A stretch of 64,000 nt of DNA from Candidatus Limnocylindrales bacterium (GTDB taxonomy: Bacteria; Moduliflexota; Moduliflexia; Moduliflexales; JAUQPW01), in NCBI GenBank assembly GCA_035559535.1, contig DATMBG010000022.1, forward strand, positions 124,001 to 188,000, given 5' to 3'. Below, piece by piece: positions 49,513-59,491 of the stretch (positions within the stretch are counted from its first letter, which is position 1; the number at the start of each line of letters is the position of its first letter). The position numbers were made by a program, and so were the translations under genes. Under the pieces are notes generated by a model. That model did no database searches. It saw nothing but the letters and a program-made list of their open reading frames with translations, and was not told the origin of the DNA.

Positions 49513-50313
49513 ATGCTTGAGAAGATCAAGGATTTTAGTCTTTCGGCTAAACTGGCCTCTCTGATTGTAATTGCGTTACTCCTTTACGGTTTTTGTATTT
49601 TTTTCCTGTTGAGTTATCTACTTGATCAGAAATTTAATAGTGTTTATCCTACCGTTCGAGGAATGATGGTCGCCCAGATGGTAGCCCATAATCTGGCCAA
49701 TACTTCATTAAACGGAAGCAGTATGACTAAAAGTCAGATCCAGCAGACTTTAAATTCTTATGATCCATATAAAAGATACGGACTCTTCTATATCATTGTG
49801 CAAAATGATAAAAATGAGGTGGTGGCCACCACGTTAGAAACGACCCCCTCTCCGGAACTGATTAAAGCAAATGAACTGACCCAGGGAAAAGAAATACAAA
49901 ACAGGCGGTTTAAGTCGGGGGATAACACCATCCAGGACGTTGCCGTACCTATTGGGGATTCCCAACAACCTAAAGGAGTTGTTCGAGCCGGGGTCCTGGA
50001 GCAGAGTGGAAGTGAAACAGGTTGGGAAATAATCAAAGAGGGAAAAATCCATGAGGTTTTGAATCCTCTTCTATGGGGAATTTTTACCGGAGCTATTGTG
50101 ATAGGCTCCCTTCTGATGCTTTTCTTTTCTAAGATTATCGTGCAACGTGTTCAGTACCTGATTGATGTCGCAGACAAAATGAGTTTTGGAGATTTGGATG
50201 TGAAGATCGTTCCAGGTCCTAAGGATGAACTGGGAATATTGGGGGAAACTTTAGAAAGTATGCGGGCCAATCTCAAAGACGCCATCGAAAGACTTAAAAA
50301 GCGAAAACAGTAA
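49513..50313 (+). CDS. Two-TM membrane sensor with extracytoplasmic domain and terminal HAMP domain, no output domain
   Basis: TM1, sensor-like region, TM2, then HAMP (LIDVADKMSFGDLDVKI...DELGILGETLESMR), then stop. Confidence 0.82.
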   Translation: MLEKIKDFSLSAKLASLIVIALLLYGFCIFFLLSYLLDQKFNSVYPTVRGMMVAQMVAHNLANTSLNGSSMTKSQIQQTLNSYDPYKRYGLFYIIVQNDKNEVVATTLETTPSPELIKANELTQGKEIQNRRFKSGDNTIQDVAVPIGDSQQPKGVVRAGVLEQSGSETGWEIIKEGKIHEVLNPLLWGIFTGAIVIGSLLMLFFSKIIVQRVQYLIDVADKMSFGDLDVKIVPGPKDELGILGETLESMRANLKDAIERLKKRKQ

Positions 50314-50352
50314 TTTCTTTTTAAACTCAGTCTTTAATGAGGAGTAGGGACC

Positions 50353-50856
50353 ATGCCGAAAAAGATAGATGGAAGTAAAATTACCATATTATCCTCTGAA
50401 CAGTATGAAGCCATTAAAAAGTGTTTAGGAGAACTTTACTCCAAGACCAAGGCAAATGCGGTTCTTTTTGCCGATATAGCCGGTCAGCTTATAGGTGAGC
50501 GGGGAGATACCTCCCATATTAATACAACGGTTCTGGCCGCTTTGGCTGCAGCCGATTTTTCGGCCACTGCGGAAATGGCCAAATTGGTCGGAGAAGAAGC
50601 CCGATTTAAGCTTCTCTTCCATGAGGGGGAAAAGAATAATGTCTACCTTACCAATGTCGGAGATGAGTATTTTTTGATTATCATTTTTCAATCTAATGTG
50701 GCTTTGGGGATGGTAAGGGTTTATACCAAAAAAGCGGTCGAAGCCCTGGATAAGATCATCAAAGAGGGGGGTAGCAGTAAAACTGTTACAGATATTATTG
50801 ATGATGATTTTGGAGAACTCCTGGCAAATGAGTTAGATAGCTCATTTAAAGAGTAA
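50353..50856 (+). CDS. mglB: Roadblock/LC7 protein MglB
   Basis: DIAGQLI, LAALAAADFSATAEMAKLVGE.RF..LFHEGEK, LGMVR. Confidence 0.88.
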   Translation: MPKKIDGSKITILSSEQYEAIKKCLGELYSKTKANAVLFADIAGQLIGERGDTSHINTTVLAALAAADFSATAEMAKLVGEEARFKLLFHEGEKNNVYLTNVGDEYFLIIIFQSNVALGMVRVYTKKAVEALDKIIKEGGSSKTVTDIIDDDFGELLANELDSSFKE

Positions 50857-50879
50857 CTTGTCTCCTATCTATCACGACT

Positions 50880-51464
50880 ATGTATATTAACTGGGCTTTA
50901 CAGCAAATCAATCTGAAGATCGTTTATTATGGCCCCGGTGTCAGTGGAAAAACCACCAATTTGCTTTATATTCACTCTAAAGTGGCTCCAGAACTTAAAG
51001 GAGAGCTCGTTTCCCTTCAAACCCAAGAAGACCGTACCATCTTTTTTGACTTCCTCCAACTGGAGGTAGGTAAAATAAAAGGGAAAAAACCAAAATTCAA
51101 TTTATATACCGTCCCAGGTCAGGTGTATTATGCTTATAGTCGAAAGGTCATCCTAAATGGAGTGGATGGGGTGGTATTTGTAGCCGATTCTCAATTCGAT
51201 CGACTGGAAGCCAATCTTGAAACCCTGAACGATCTGGAGAATAATTTGAAACAGGATGGACATAAGATGGATGAGTTTCCTTGGGTTATTCAATACAACA
51301 AGCGAGATCTTCCCAATGTAGCCCCTATTCCTTATTTACAACTCAAACTGAATAAATATAACGTTCCCTATTTTGAAGCGGTGGCCAATAAAGGGATCGG
51401 AGTTTTTGAAACCCTTAAGGCAGTCATTAACCTGGTAGTGGCTAACGTCAGGAAAAAACTCTGA
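50880..51464 (+). CDS. mglA: MglA-family small GTPase
   Basis: KIVYYGPGVSGKTTN, DRTIFFDF, YTVPGQV, GVDGVVFVADS, QYNKRDL. Confidence 0.95.
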   Translation: MYINWALQQINLKIVYYGPGVSGKTTNLLYIHSKVAPELKGELVSLQTQEDRTIFFDFLQLEVGKIKGKKPKFNLYTVPGQVYYAYSRKVILNGVDGVVFVADSQFDRLEANLETLNDLENNLKQDGHKMDEFPWVIQYNKRDLPNVAPIPYLQLKLNKYNVPYFEAVANKGIGVFETLKAVINLVVANVRKKL

Positions 51465-51844
51465 TGGATCAAGATCTTCCCTCAACTCAAAATCTCATTG
51501 AAGAAAAGCTTCAAGAAATCAGTAAAGAAGGCCGCTTTGATCTGCTGGTTCTATTTAGTGAAGAAGGTCTTCCCATGATTCAGATTCCATCATCTAAGTA
51601 TGATAAAGACAATTTTATTGCCCTTTCTATCCTGCTCAACGACCTGGCAAAAGTCGCAGAAACGTTAGATTCTTCCCTCAAAGTCGTGGAAACTTCTATT
51701 ACCACATACCATAAAACCAAAATCGTGGGTCGTATTTTTTATGTCAACGGAATTCGCTTGAATCTGGTCGCCATCGTCCCACCTGAAGTGGCCTATCGTA
51801 AATTTTTCAATAAGGCAGTTAAAGCCCTTTCGGCTATTTTATAA
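51464..51844 (+). CDS. Second roadblock/LC7-like protein
   Basis: LVLFSEEGLPM, ALSILL. 1-bp overlap (TGATG) with mglA. Confidence 0.7.
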   Translation: MDQDLPSTQNLIEEKLQEISKEGRFDLLVLFSEEGLPMIQIPSSKYDKDNFIALSILLNDLAKVAETLDSSLKVVETSITTYHKTKIVGRIFYVNGIRLNLVAIVPPEVAYRKFFNKAVKALSAIL

Positions 51845-51848
51845 CTTT

Positions 51849-52193
51849 CTAACCCGGCGGCCATCTCATACCTCTCCCCCCTAAAAGATGGAGATGAAGA
51901 TGGTAAACCGACTGTCCCCCTTCGGGATTACAATTTATAACCAATCGGAACCCACGATGATGAACGTTTTTTAAAGTCGCAATTTTTTTTGCTACCAGGA
52001 TCATTCTTCCCATGAGCATCTCTTCCTGATCTGGAACATCCATTAAAGTAGCTATATGCTTTTTGGGAATGATGAGAACATGAACCGGAGCTTGAGGATC
52101 GATATCTTCAAAGGCAAAAACCTGATCATCTTCATACACAACGGTACTCGGAAGCTCTTTTTTAACGATCTGGCAAAAAATACATCTCCTCAT
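51849..52193 (-). CDS. Histidine triad nucleotide-binding protein (HinT-like)
   Basis: [40 protein letters not shown]. Confidence 0.95.
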   Translation of the reverse strand: MRRCIFCQIVKKELPSTVVYEDDQVFAFEDIDPQAPVHVLIIPKKHIATLMDVPDQEEMLMGRMILVAKKIATLKNVHHRGFRLVINCNPEGGQSVYHLHLHLLGGRGMRWPPG

Positions 52194-52567
52194 GATCCGT
52201 AAACCTTCTTTTCATCGAACACCTTTTCCTGAATGATAGTACTGGTTTCTAAATCCTTCTCCAGGCGCCTGTAAAAACAACTACGATAACCTTCATGGCA
52301 CGCACCGACCACCTGTTCCACTTTAATTAACAGACAATCCCCATCACAATCCAAAAATACCTCCCGTACAAATTGATAATGACCGGAAGTTTCTCCTTTT
52401 GTCCATAACTTCTTCCGGGATCGGCTCCAAAAATAAACTTTACCCGTCTCAAAGGTTTTTTCTAAGGCGGTACGGTTCATATAACCCATCATGAGGACCT
52501 CATTATTTTCTGCATCTTGAACAATGGCCGGAATTAAACCATTTGAATCAAATCTGAGCGCTGTCAT
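52190..52567 (-). CDS. hisI: Phosphoribosyl-AMP cyclohydrolase
   Basis: [44 protein letters not shown]. Likely start MTALRF at 52567. Confidence 0.95.
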   Translation of the reverse strand: MTALRFDSNGLIPAIVQDAENNEVLMMGYMNRTALEKTFETGKVYFWSRSRKKLWTKGETSGHYQFVREVFLDCDGDCLLIKVEQVVGACHEGYRSCFYRRLEKDLETSTIIQEKVFDEKKVYGS

Positions 52568-52622
52568 GGAGTACTCTTTTGGACTATAAAGCCCCAAAGG
52601 CACAAAGGAAACCGGATAAAAA

Positions 52623-52740
52623 AGTATGGGAGTGTGGGAGTATGGGAGTATGGGAGTATGGGAGTATGGGAGTATGGGAGTATGGGAGTATGGGAGTGTG
52701 GGAGTATGGGAGTGTGGGAGTATGGGAGTGTGGGAGTATG
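52623..52740 (+). repeat. Tandem octamer repeat (AGTRTGGG) x ~14.75
   Basis: Direct head-to-tail units agtatggg/agtgtggg with no spacers. Confidence 0.97.
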
Positions 52741-52918
52741 AAAGTGGGAGGATGTAGGAGATTCACCTATATCCCTCTACCTCCATACTTTCGTGATATT
52801 CTTTGTACCTTTAGAGCGAATAGGATTAAAAAGTTATCCACGATGTTAATCATAATTCACCATACCCCCAATATCTATGACTCCACATGCCTTGTCAACA
52901 GTTAATTGCGAATTCTTT

Positions 52919-53740
52919 TTAATAATCCCAGGGTCCTCTAGATAAATAGTAGTCGTCCACCACTCTAAAGGTAAATTGATTAGTCGCCTCCAGCCGCCTA
53001 TAACCATATCGGGTCTCGGACCACAATTTGACCGTATAGGTTAAAACTCCCGGCGGGGTCTCTCGATCTACAACCAGATCCAATTCGTAGACCCCTGGAG
53101 ATCTTTTCCAGGCTTCCACCCGTTTCCATAAATGACCCCAACTGTTATAAATTTCGAAGTAATATCGAATCGAAGGTTTGGAAGAAGCATTGGTTCTAAC
53201 CGTTATAACCCCACTCCCACCTTGAGGTATAGACCAGGGAGTTACATAGGCACTGATCCATAAATCATCCGGGTAAGGACGGTCATCGCAATCCAGGACC
53301 CTAAAACGAACCCGATTAGCATAACCATAACCCGAATCCCCATCCACATTTACCCAGAGTGATTCGGTGCCTGGAGGACCTTCGACCTCAAACATGACAT
53401 CCATCAAATCCGATAGATAATAAGTACCCGGATTTAATCTGCCACTGTAAAGGGTTCGGGTAATACCTCGGGTATCTCGATTCATAAGGTAAATGTATTG
53501 GGAATAATCCCCTCGATTGGTTAACCGGATATCTATCCGGTCTCTACCTATGCAAAAAGAAGTTTTCGGATATTTGGTATAGTAATCTACGGTTTCTATA
53601 CTTATCCGGACCCTGGGTTGAGGAACCAGCTTGCGATACTCCGCTCCCCAGGTTTCTCCAATAAAATTCGTTAAATTTCCGATTCCTGATAAAAGTAGAG
53701 TTAAAATTAAAAACACTTTATATCCGCGAGATGGAAGCAT
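52919..53740 (-). CDS. Secreted hypothetical protein with two beta-rich (Ig-like) domains
   Basis: Signal peptide. Two segments ending in PPG-x-(S/T)-beta strand. Tyr/Arg-rich. Confidence 0.7.
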   Translation of the reverse strand: MLPSRGYKVFLILTLLLSGIGNLTNFIGETWGAEYRKLVPQPRVRISIETVDYYTKYPKTSFCIGRDRIDIRLTNRGDYSQYIYLMNRDTRGITRTLYSGRLNPGTYYLSDLMDVMFEVEGPPGTESLWVNVDGDSGYGYANRVRFRVLDCDDRPYPDDLWISAYVTPWSIPQGGSGVITVRTNASSKPSIRYYFEIYNSWGHLWKRVEAWKRSPGVYELDLVVDRETPPGVLTYTVKLWSETRYGYRRLEATNQFTFRVVDDYYLSRGPWDY

Positions 53741-53792
53741 ACTCTTTATCCTCCTTTTTAATCAAGTTTAAGAAGTATAGGACATAGTGCTT

Positions 53793-53910
53793 TGTTACTT
53801 TAATTTTGCTTAATGTTTAAGTGGCCCTCACCCCCGGCCCCTCTCCCACGCTTCGGGAGAGGGGAGCTGGGGAGTGAAAGCAACCCTATGAGGTCAAAAT
53901 TAAGGTAACA
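53793..53910. mobile_element. MITE-like element enclosing a GC-rich REP-like palindrome
   Basis: IR tgttactttaattttg / caaaattaaggtaaca (15/16) around ccctcacccccggcccctctcccacgcttcgggagagggg. Confidence 0.55.
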
Positions 53911-54286
53911 GTGTAACAGGAGCCTGCCTGGGAGCGCAGGCATCCCGCCCGACATTAATTATTTGAAACAAGATTTACAAGAGTTTGGAAGTGCAGGCAT
54001 CCTGCCTGGTTTGATAGTTGTAACCGGTTTTTCTACTTAGAAAGATGTAGAAAGTGGTGAAAGGTTGCAGAATTATCGATTTGATATAAAAATCGGAAAT
54101 TAAAATCTTAGTTCTGAACTCTCTTGAAATATATCTTGACAAACCCTAAGGGAACGTTCTAATCTTTCTTAATAGAAAACAAGCGTAAAGGAGTCAAACG
54201 CTAAATCAGGTTTAGATTTCAGAGATCAGCTCTCATTTAACTATCTAAATAATGAGTGGCAGATTCATTTAGGAGGAGAAAACCTC

Positions 54287-55699
54287 ATGTATCAAAGGAT
54301 CAAGAACCATAAGATATTTACCCTCATTGTCATCTTCAGTCTAGTCTTTGGGATTAGTCTGACTTCAAAAGTTCTTGCCACCCAATCTAACGCCTATGAA
54401 AAGCTGAAAATACTCAGCGAAGTTTTATACTTAATCCAAACCAATTATGTTGAAGAGGTGAATACGCAGGACTTGATTTACGGGGCCATCAATGGAATGC
54501 TTAAAGTTTTAGATCCCCATAGTTCTTTTATGCCCCCGGATGTTTATCAGGAAATGCAGGTAGAAACCAAAGGGAGTTTTGGGGGGTTAGGGATTCAAAT
54601 TGCCATTAAGGATAATCAATTAACCGTCATTGCCCCTATTGAAGATACGCCTGCGTATCGTGCCGGGATTGAGGCTGGAGATAAGATCGTTAAAATAGAA
54701 GACAAGCCGACGAAGGATATGACGCTGATGGATGCTGTGAAAATGCTTCGAGGTCCTAAAGGAACTAAAGTAACCATCACCATCATGCGGGAAGGATTCG
54801 AGAAACCCAAAGATTTCGTTTTAACCCGGGATGTCATCGAGATAAAAAGTGTTAGCTGGAAAGTCTTGGAAGGAAATATCGGATATATTCGGTTAAAACA
54901 GTTCCAGGAAAATACGGCCGATGAGCTTGAGACGGCATTGGACAAACTAGAAGAAGCCGGCATCAAAGCCATGATCCTGGATCTGCGTAATGATCCGGGC
55001 GGACTCCTCAATGCAGCGGTAGATGTAGCCGATAAATTCCTGGAGAAAGGTAAGTTGATTGTCTATACCAAGGGTCGGGCGAAAAATCAGGATATGCGTT
55101 TTGTGGCCCGTCAAGGAGCTACCCATCCTTACCATCCCCTGGTGGTATTGGTTAATCACGGAAGTGCCAGTGCTTCTGAAATCGTTGCCGGGGCCATTCA
55201 GGATCATGGAAGAGGCCTTATTGTAGGAACCAAAACCTTTGGTAAAGGTTCTGTACAGAGCGTCGTACCTCTTTCAGATAATTCAGGACTTCGGCTGACT
55301 ACCGCTAAATATTATACCCCCAATGGACGAACAATCCATGAAAAGGGAATTATCCCCGATGTAATCGTTGAGCTTCCTAAATCGGGCCAGGATACCGAAG
55401 AAGCGGCTCTGGAAGCTTTATCAAAGGAAAAACCTAAAGAAAAATCCGAATCTTCCGATAAGGGAAAATCCCCACAGGTCCCAACCGAAAAGGGCACACA
55501 GCCGGAAAGTAAAAATCCATCGGATAGCTCTCAACAGAAAACCGGTGAAGGCAGTGATACGAGTAAAGAAGGAAAAGAAGAAACGGTTAAAAAAGATCCC
55601 CAACTGGAAAAAGATGTTCAGTTACAACGGGCTGTGGATATCCTCAAAGGGATCATGATATTCGAAAAACAAAAACTGATGGAGGCGAAAAAGCCTTAA
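54287..55699 (+). CDS. ctpA: Carboxyl-terminal processing protease (S41 family)
   Basis: LDPHS, PDZ (GGLGI), LDLRNDPGG, SASASEIVAG, TFGKGSVQ, TTAKYYTP. Confidence 0.95.
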   Translation: MYQRIKNHKIFTLIVIFSLVFGISLTSKVLATQSNAYEKLKILSEVLYLIQTNYVEEVNTQDLIYGAINGMLKVLDPHSSFMPPDVYQEMQVETKGSFGGLGIQIAIKDNQLTVIAPIEDTPAYRAGIEAGDKIVKIEDKPTKDMTLMDAVKMLRGPKGTKVTITIMREGFEKPKDFVLTRDVIEIKSVSWKVLEGNIGYIRLKQFQENTADELETALDKLEEAGIKAMILDLRNDPGGLLNAAVDVADKFLEKGKLIVYTKGRAKNQDMRFVARQGATHPYHPLVVLVNHGSASASEIVAGAIQDHGRGLIVGTKTFGKGSVQSVVPLSDNSGLRLTTAKYYTPNGRTIHEKGIIPDVIVELPKSGQDTEEAALEALSKEKPKEKSESSDKGKSPQVPTEKGTQPESKNPSDSSQQKTGEGSDTSKEGKEETVKKDPQLEKDVQLQRAVDILKGIMIFEKQKLMEAKKP

Positions 55700-55835
55700 A
55701 AAATAGAAAGGAGACGTGTGATAACGAAACATCGGTTCTAGTTCTCCCCCACGTCTCCTTATTTCTGTGTTATTGTATCCTTTATCCCTCATGTCCTTAA
55801 CTTCTTGACTTTTATCTCAAGCGGTACCCGATCCC

Positions 55836-57155
55836 GTGGAAGACGAAAAGGAGCAGCATCCAGCTCAACTGGATATACCTCAGAATCCGGCAGTTTTAAG
55901 ATCATTCTGGATTGTCTTTTTATTCTTCGCTTTTCTTTTTTCCATAGGTTTATTAACGCGACCTTTTTTTCCAGCCCTCAAAGGATTAAAGAATTATATC
56001 TTCCATGAGATTTTTAAAAAACCTGACTTTGGCCATACGGTCTTTAATCTGGATACCATAATCAGTAAAGAACTTACCGATCTGGGTCTTTCCAAAGATC
56101 AGATCCAGGTCCAGATCTCTCAGAATGTTGATGCATTCCATCAGGAGTGGACTTCTTACCTCTATGAGATTAAACTTCCCCCGGAATATAATTTCTCGGA
56201 TATCCAGCAAAGATTTTATCAGGCGATAAAGTCCGCCCGGGGAAGGCTCTTCGAAGTTTATAAAGGGGAGGTTCCTCAAGAGGTCTTTGTTTTGACCCTT
56301 GGCATAGAACAAACCATTACCCATACCCTTCGATTTATAAAACAGACCCTCCCGGATTTGAAAGAATCTCTCCCACCAGCTCTGCCGGGGCCTGAAGAGA
56401 AACGACCTCAAGTGGCCATCGTGATGGATGATGTAGGCTTCAGTGAAGAAGCAGTTCATAAAATCCTCCAGTTAGGGGAACCTTTTACTTTCGCCATCAT
56501 TCCCCATCTGGAGAAATCCGTTGCCATTGCGGAACTTCTCAATGAAAAAAAGCAAGAAATTATCCTCCATATTCCCATGGAGCCCGAAGAGGATTCCTTT
56601 ATAAATCTGGGGAAAGGAGGGCTCTGGACCCATATGAGCAATGAGCAGATCCGACAAACTGTACGAGAAGATATTGAAGCAGTCCCTTATATCAAAGGGG
56701 TCAGTAATCATATGGGTTCTCGATTCACTACAAGAGCCGAAAAAATGCGGGTGGTTTTAGAGGAGATAAAAAAATATCATCTTTTCTTCCTGGATAGTCG
56801 AACCAGCAGCCAAACCGTGGGCTATCAACTCGCCAGGAAAATGGGTCTTAGATCTCTAGAGCGAGATATTTTCCTGGATGATGTGGAAGAGTTAAATGCT
56901 ATCCGGGCCCAGTTGAAAAAGGTCGAGAATTTAGCCCTTAGAGATGGAAGAGTCATTGCCATTGGCCATCCCAGATCTATCACCATTGAAGCCCTCCGTC
57001 TAATGCTCCCTGAGTTTAAGAAAAAAAATATTGAGATGGTCGGTTTATCTAAACTCATCGATGAAACTCAGACAGAAAGCGGACATCAGGATTCAGAAGT
57101 TAGAAATCATGAATCAGAGACCAGAAGCCAGAAATCAGAAGTCAGAAAATTCTGA
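55836..57155 (+). CDS. Divergent polysaccharide deacetylase family protein (YibQ-like)
   Basis: AIVMDDVG, LHIPMEP, SNHMGSRFT, FLDSRT, RDIFLD, AIGHP. Follows ctpA. Confidence 0.92.
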   Translation: MEDEKEQHPAQLDIPQNPAVLRSFWIVFLFFAFLFSIGLLTRPFFPALKGLKNYIFHEIFKKPDFGHTVFNLDTIISKELTDLGLSKDQIQVQISQNVDAFHQEWTSYLYEIKLPPEYNFSDIQQRFYQAIKSARGRLFEVYKGEVPQEVFVLTLGIEQTITHTLRFIKQTLPDLKESLPPALPGPEEKRPQVAIVMDDVGFSEEAVHKILQLGEPFTFAIIPHLEKSVAIAELLNEKKQEIILHIPMEPEEDSFINLGKGGLWTHMSNEQIRQTVREDIEAVPYIKGVSNHMGSRFTTRAEKMRVVLEEIKKYHLFFLDSRTSSQTVGYQLARKMGLRSLERDIFLDDVEELNAIRAQLKKVENLALRDGRVIAIGHPRSITIEALRLMLPEFKKKNIEMVGLSKLIDETQTESGHQDSEVRNHESETRSQKSEVRKF

Positions 57156-57179
57156 CTTCCGGCTTCTGATCTCTCTTTT

Positions 57180-58328
57180 TTGTTGTCAGAAAAATTTCGG
57201 ATTCTCCAAATTACAACGGGAACTACCTGGAGTGGCGGGCAAGAACAGGTTTATCAGCTCAGTAAAGGGCTTGCTGAAAAGGGTCATGAGGTTACTGTGA
57301 TATGTCCACCGGGAAGTAGTTTGGGCGACAAACTGGAAAAAATCCATATACCTGTGGAGCGTATCCCGATGCGTAAGGAATGGGACTTTCTAGCTGTCCC
57401 TCAAATTATCCGGGTACTGGTTCAGCGAAAAGTGGATCTGATTAATGCCCATAGACCGACGGCGCATATGCTGGCCTGGATTGCGACCTTTTTCCGGAAG
57501 ACTCGGGCCTTCATCGTAACACGCCGTGTTGCACTTCCCATAAAAAATCCCCTCTCTGCAAAATTTAAATACCGTTTTAGAGTATCAAAAATCATTGCGG
57601 TTTCGCAAAGTGTTAAACAGGTTTTAATAGACTCCGGAATCCCTTCCACCCAGATTGAAGTCATCTACAGTGGTACGGATCTGGCGCGATTTAATCCGGC
57701 TCAGGTGGACGGAACTTCCTTCAGGAAAAACCTTGGACTGGATCTTTCCCAACCCTTGATAGGGGCCATTGGAAATCACTCTTCCCACAACTTTAGAGGT
57801 TACTCCTATTTTTTAGAGGCTGCAGCCAGGATCCTTCAGGTTGCTCCCCGGGCACGATTTATCTTGATCGGACGGGGAACGAATTCCCAAGAACTTCTTG
57901 CTTTAAGCAAAAAGCTTCATTTAGATCCTCATCTCTCCTTTCTTGGATTTCGAGAGGATATTCCAGAAGCACTGGCCGCCCTAGATATTTTAGTAAATCC
58001 TGCTCTTACAGAGGGATTCTCCGGGGTCATTCGAGAGGCAATGGCCATGAGAAAACCTGTGGTAGCTACCCGGGTAGGTGGGAACCGGGAGCTGATCCAG
58101 GACGGAATCAACGGATTTTTAGTACCCCCTGCCGATGCCCATAGCCTGGCCGAGAAAATACTTTATCTTCTGAATCACAAAGACCTTGCATTGAACATGG
58201 GAAATCAGGGTCATGCACTGGTTGAAGAAAAATTCTCTATCCAGAAGATGGTGGAAAATACAGAGCGGCTATACGAACAGGTCCTTCAGAATACAGATAA
58301 CCCTTCAAATGCCTGTTCCCTATTATGA
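57180..58328 (+). CDS. Glycosyltransferase family 4
   Basis: WSGGQEQV, IIAVSQSV, FLGFREDI, EGFSGVIREAMA, VVATRVGG. Confidence 0.92.
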   Translation: MLSEKFRILQITTGTTWSGGQEQVYQLSKGLAEKGHEVTVICPPGSSLGDKLEKIHIPVERIPMRKEWDFLAVPQIIRVLVQRKVDLINAHRPTAHMLAWIATFFRKTRAFIVTRRVALPIKNPLSAKFKYRFRVSKIIAVSQSVKQVLIDSGIPSTQIEVIYSGTDLARFNPAQVDGTSFRKNLGLDLSQPLIGAIGNHSSHNFRGYSYFLEAAARILQVAPRARFILIGRGTNSQELLALSKKLHLDPHLSFLGFREDIPEALAALDILVNPALTEGFSGVIREAMAMRKPVVATRVGGNRELIQDGINGFLVPPADAHSLAEKILYLLNHKDLALNMGNQGHALVEEKFSIQKMVENTERLYEQVLQNTDNPSNACSLL

Positions 58329-59449
58329 TCTCACCTTCCACGGCAGTTCTTTTATACCATCATGTAGATCCCCACGATGCCATTAAACCGGAAGTGTTTG
58401 ATTGGCAGATGAAGTATCTTCAACAGCATGGCTATTCGGTTGTTTCCCTCGGTGAATTGGTACAGGGGATGAAAGGGGAGCGGGATCTTCCTAAAAAATC
58501 CGTTGTAATTACCTTCGATGACGGTTTTTTAAATACCTGGGTGTACGCCTATCCGATTTTAAAAAAGTATCAGTTTAAAGCCACCCTCTTTATGATCACG
58601 GGTCTTGCAGGAAATCCCTCGACTCCGCCCCGTTTTAACCTGGAGGACGTTTTGAAGCGAAGGTGTCAGGAAAAAGATCTGTACCGGCGAGGTCATATTT
58701 TCCATCCTTCCCTTTCAGAGAGAGCACAGGATCCAGATCGTGAACTTCCGGATTTTCTAACCTGGAAAGAATTAAGGATCATGGAAGCCAGCGGAATTAT
58801 CGATGTTCAATCCCACAGTCGCTGGCACAGTTCGGTCTATCGAAGCGAAAAAATTGTAGAATTTCATATCCCTGCCTTTGTAAATAGAAAATGGCCCATA
58901 GAAGGGGATTGCCGATTGGGGACCCCCATGTATCAACGCGGTTCGGCAATGGCTACGCGGAAGTATCTGGGTGATCCGCTCCTGGCCGAAACTCTGATCC
59001 AGTATGTTAACCGGCACGGGGGTGAAGATTTCTTTAAAGGCAAAAGAAAAGCCGACATCGATAAAGCCCTGATGGAAGTCGTCCGGGCCTACAAAGCCTG
59101 CCACAAAGTAGAAGATCGTTATGAGGATGAATTTTCCTGGCAGGAGCGGGTGAAAGCAGAACTCTTAGAGTCGAAACGAGATATTGAAAAGCACCTGGAC
59201 AAAACCTGTCGTTATTTAGCCTGGCCCTGGGGGGAATATAACGCGGCAGCCCTTGCAATAGCCCGGGAAGTAGGCTACGAAGCGGCAGTTACCACAGAAC
59301 GAGGGGCTAACGTCCCCGGAGGGGATGTGATGCGAATTAAACGGTTTAAAATCTGGAAACCCGGCCGGCTGGCCTTCGTTTTAGGGCTCCTTATCCATAC
59401 CCATGCAACCTTTGCCCGAATCTATGCCCGACTCTATGGCTGGCTATAA
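58325..59449 (+). CDS. Polysaccharide deacetylase family protein
   Basis: LLYHHV, ITFDDG, QSHSRWH, LAWPWG. ATGA overlap with the GT4 gene. Confidence 0.9.
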   Translation: MISPSTAVLLYHHVDPHDAIKPEVFDWQMKYLQQHGYSVVSLGELVQGMKGERDLPKKSVVITFDDGFLNTWVYAYPILKKYQFKATLFMITGLAGNPSTPPRFNLEDVLKRRCQEKDLYRRGHIFHPSLSERAQDPDRELPDFLTWKELRIMEASGIIDVQSHSRWHSSVYRSEKIVEFHIPAFVNRKWPIEGDCRLGTPMYQRGSAMATRKYLGDPLLAETLIQYVNRHGGEDFFKGKRKADIDKALMEVVRAYKACHKVEDRYEDEFSWQERVKAELLESKRDIEKHLDKTCRYLAWPWGEYNAAALAIAREVGYEAAVTTERGANVPGGDVMRIKRFKIWKPGRLAFVLGLLIHTHATFARIYARLYGWL

Positions 59450-59491
59450 AGAATCTGATCGGGAACCGGTTAAAACCATGAATCCTTACCA

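Noticed and set aside
52623-52740. Possible CRISPR array
   Set aside because: The 8-bp units are head-to-tail with no unique spacers, and no cas genes are present.
52579-52905. ORFs with VWEYGSMG / HTPILPYS repeats (also 52584-52766, 45074-45553, 2468-2767, 22958-23179)
   Set aside because: They are translations of the octamer DNA repeat and partly antisense to real genes.
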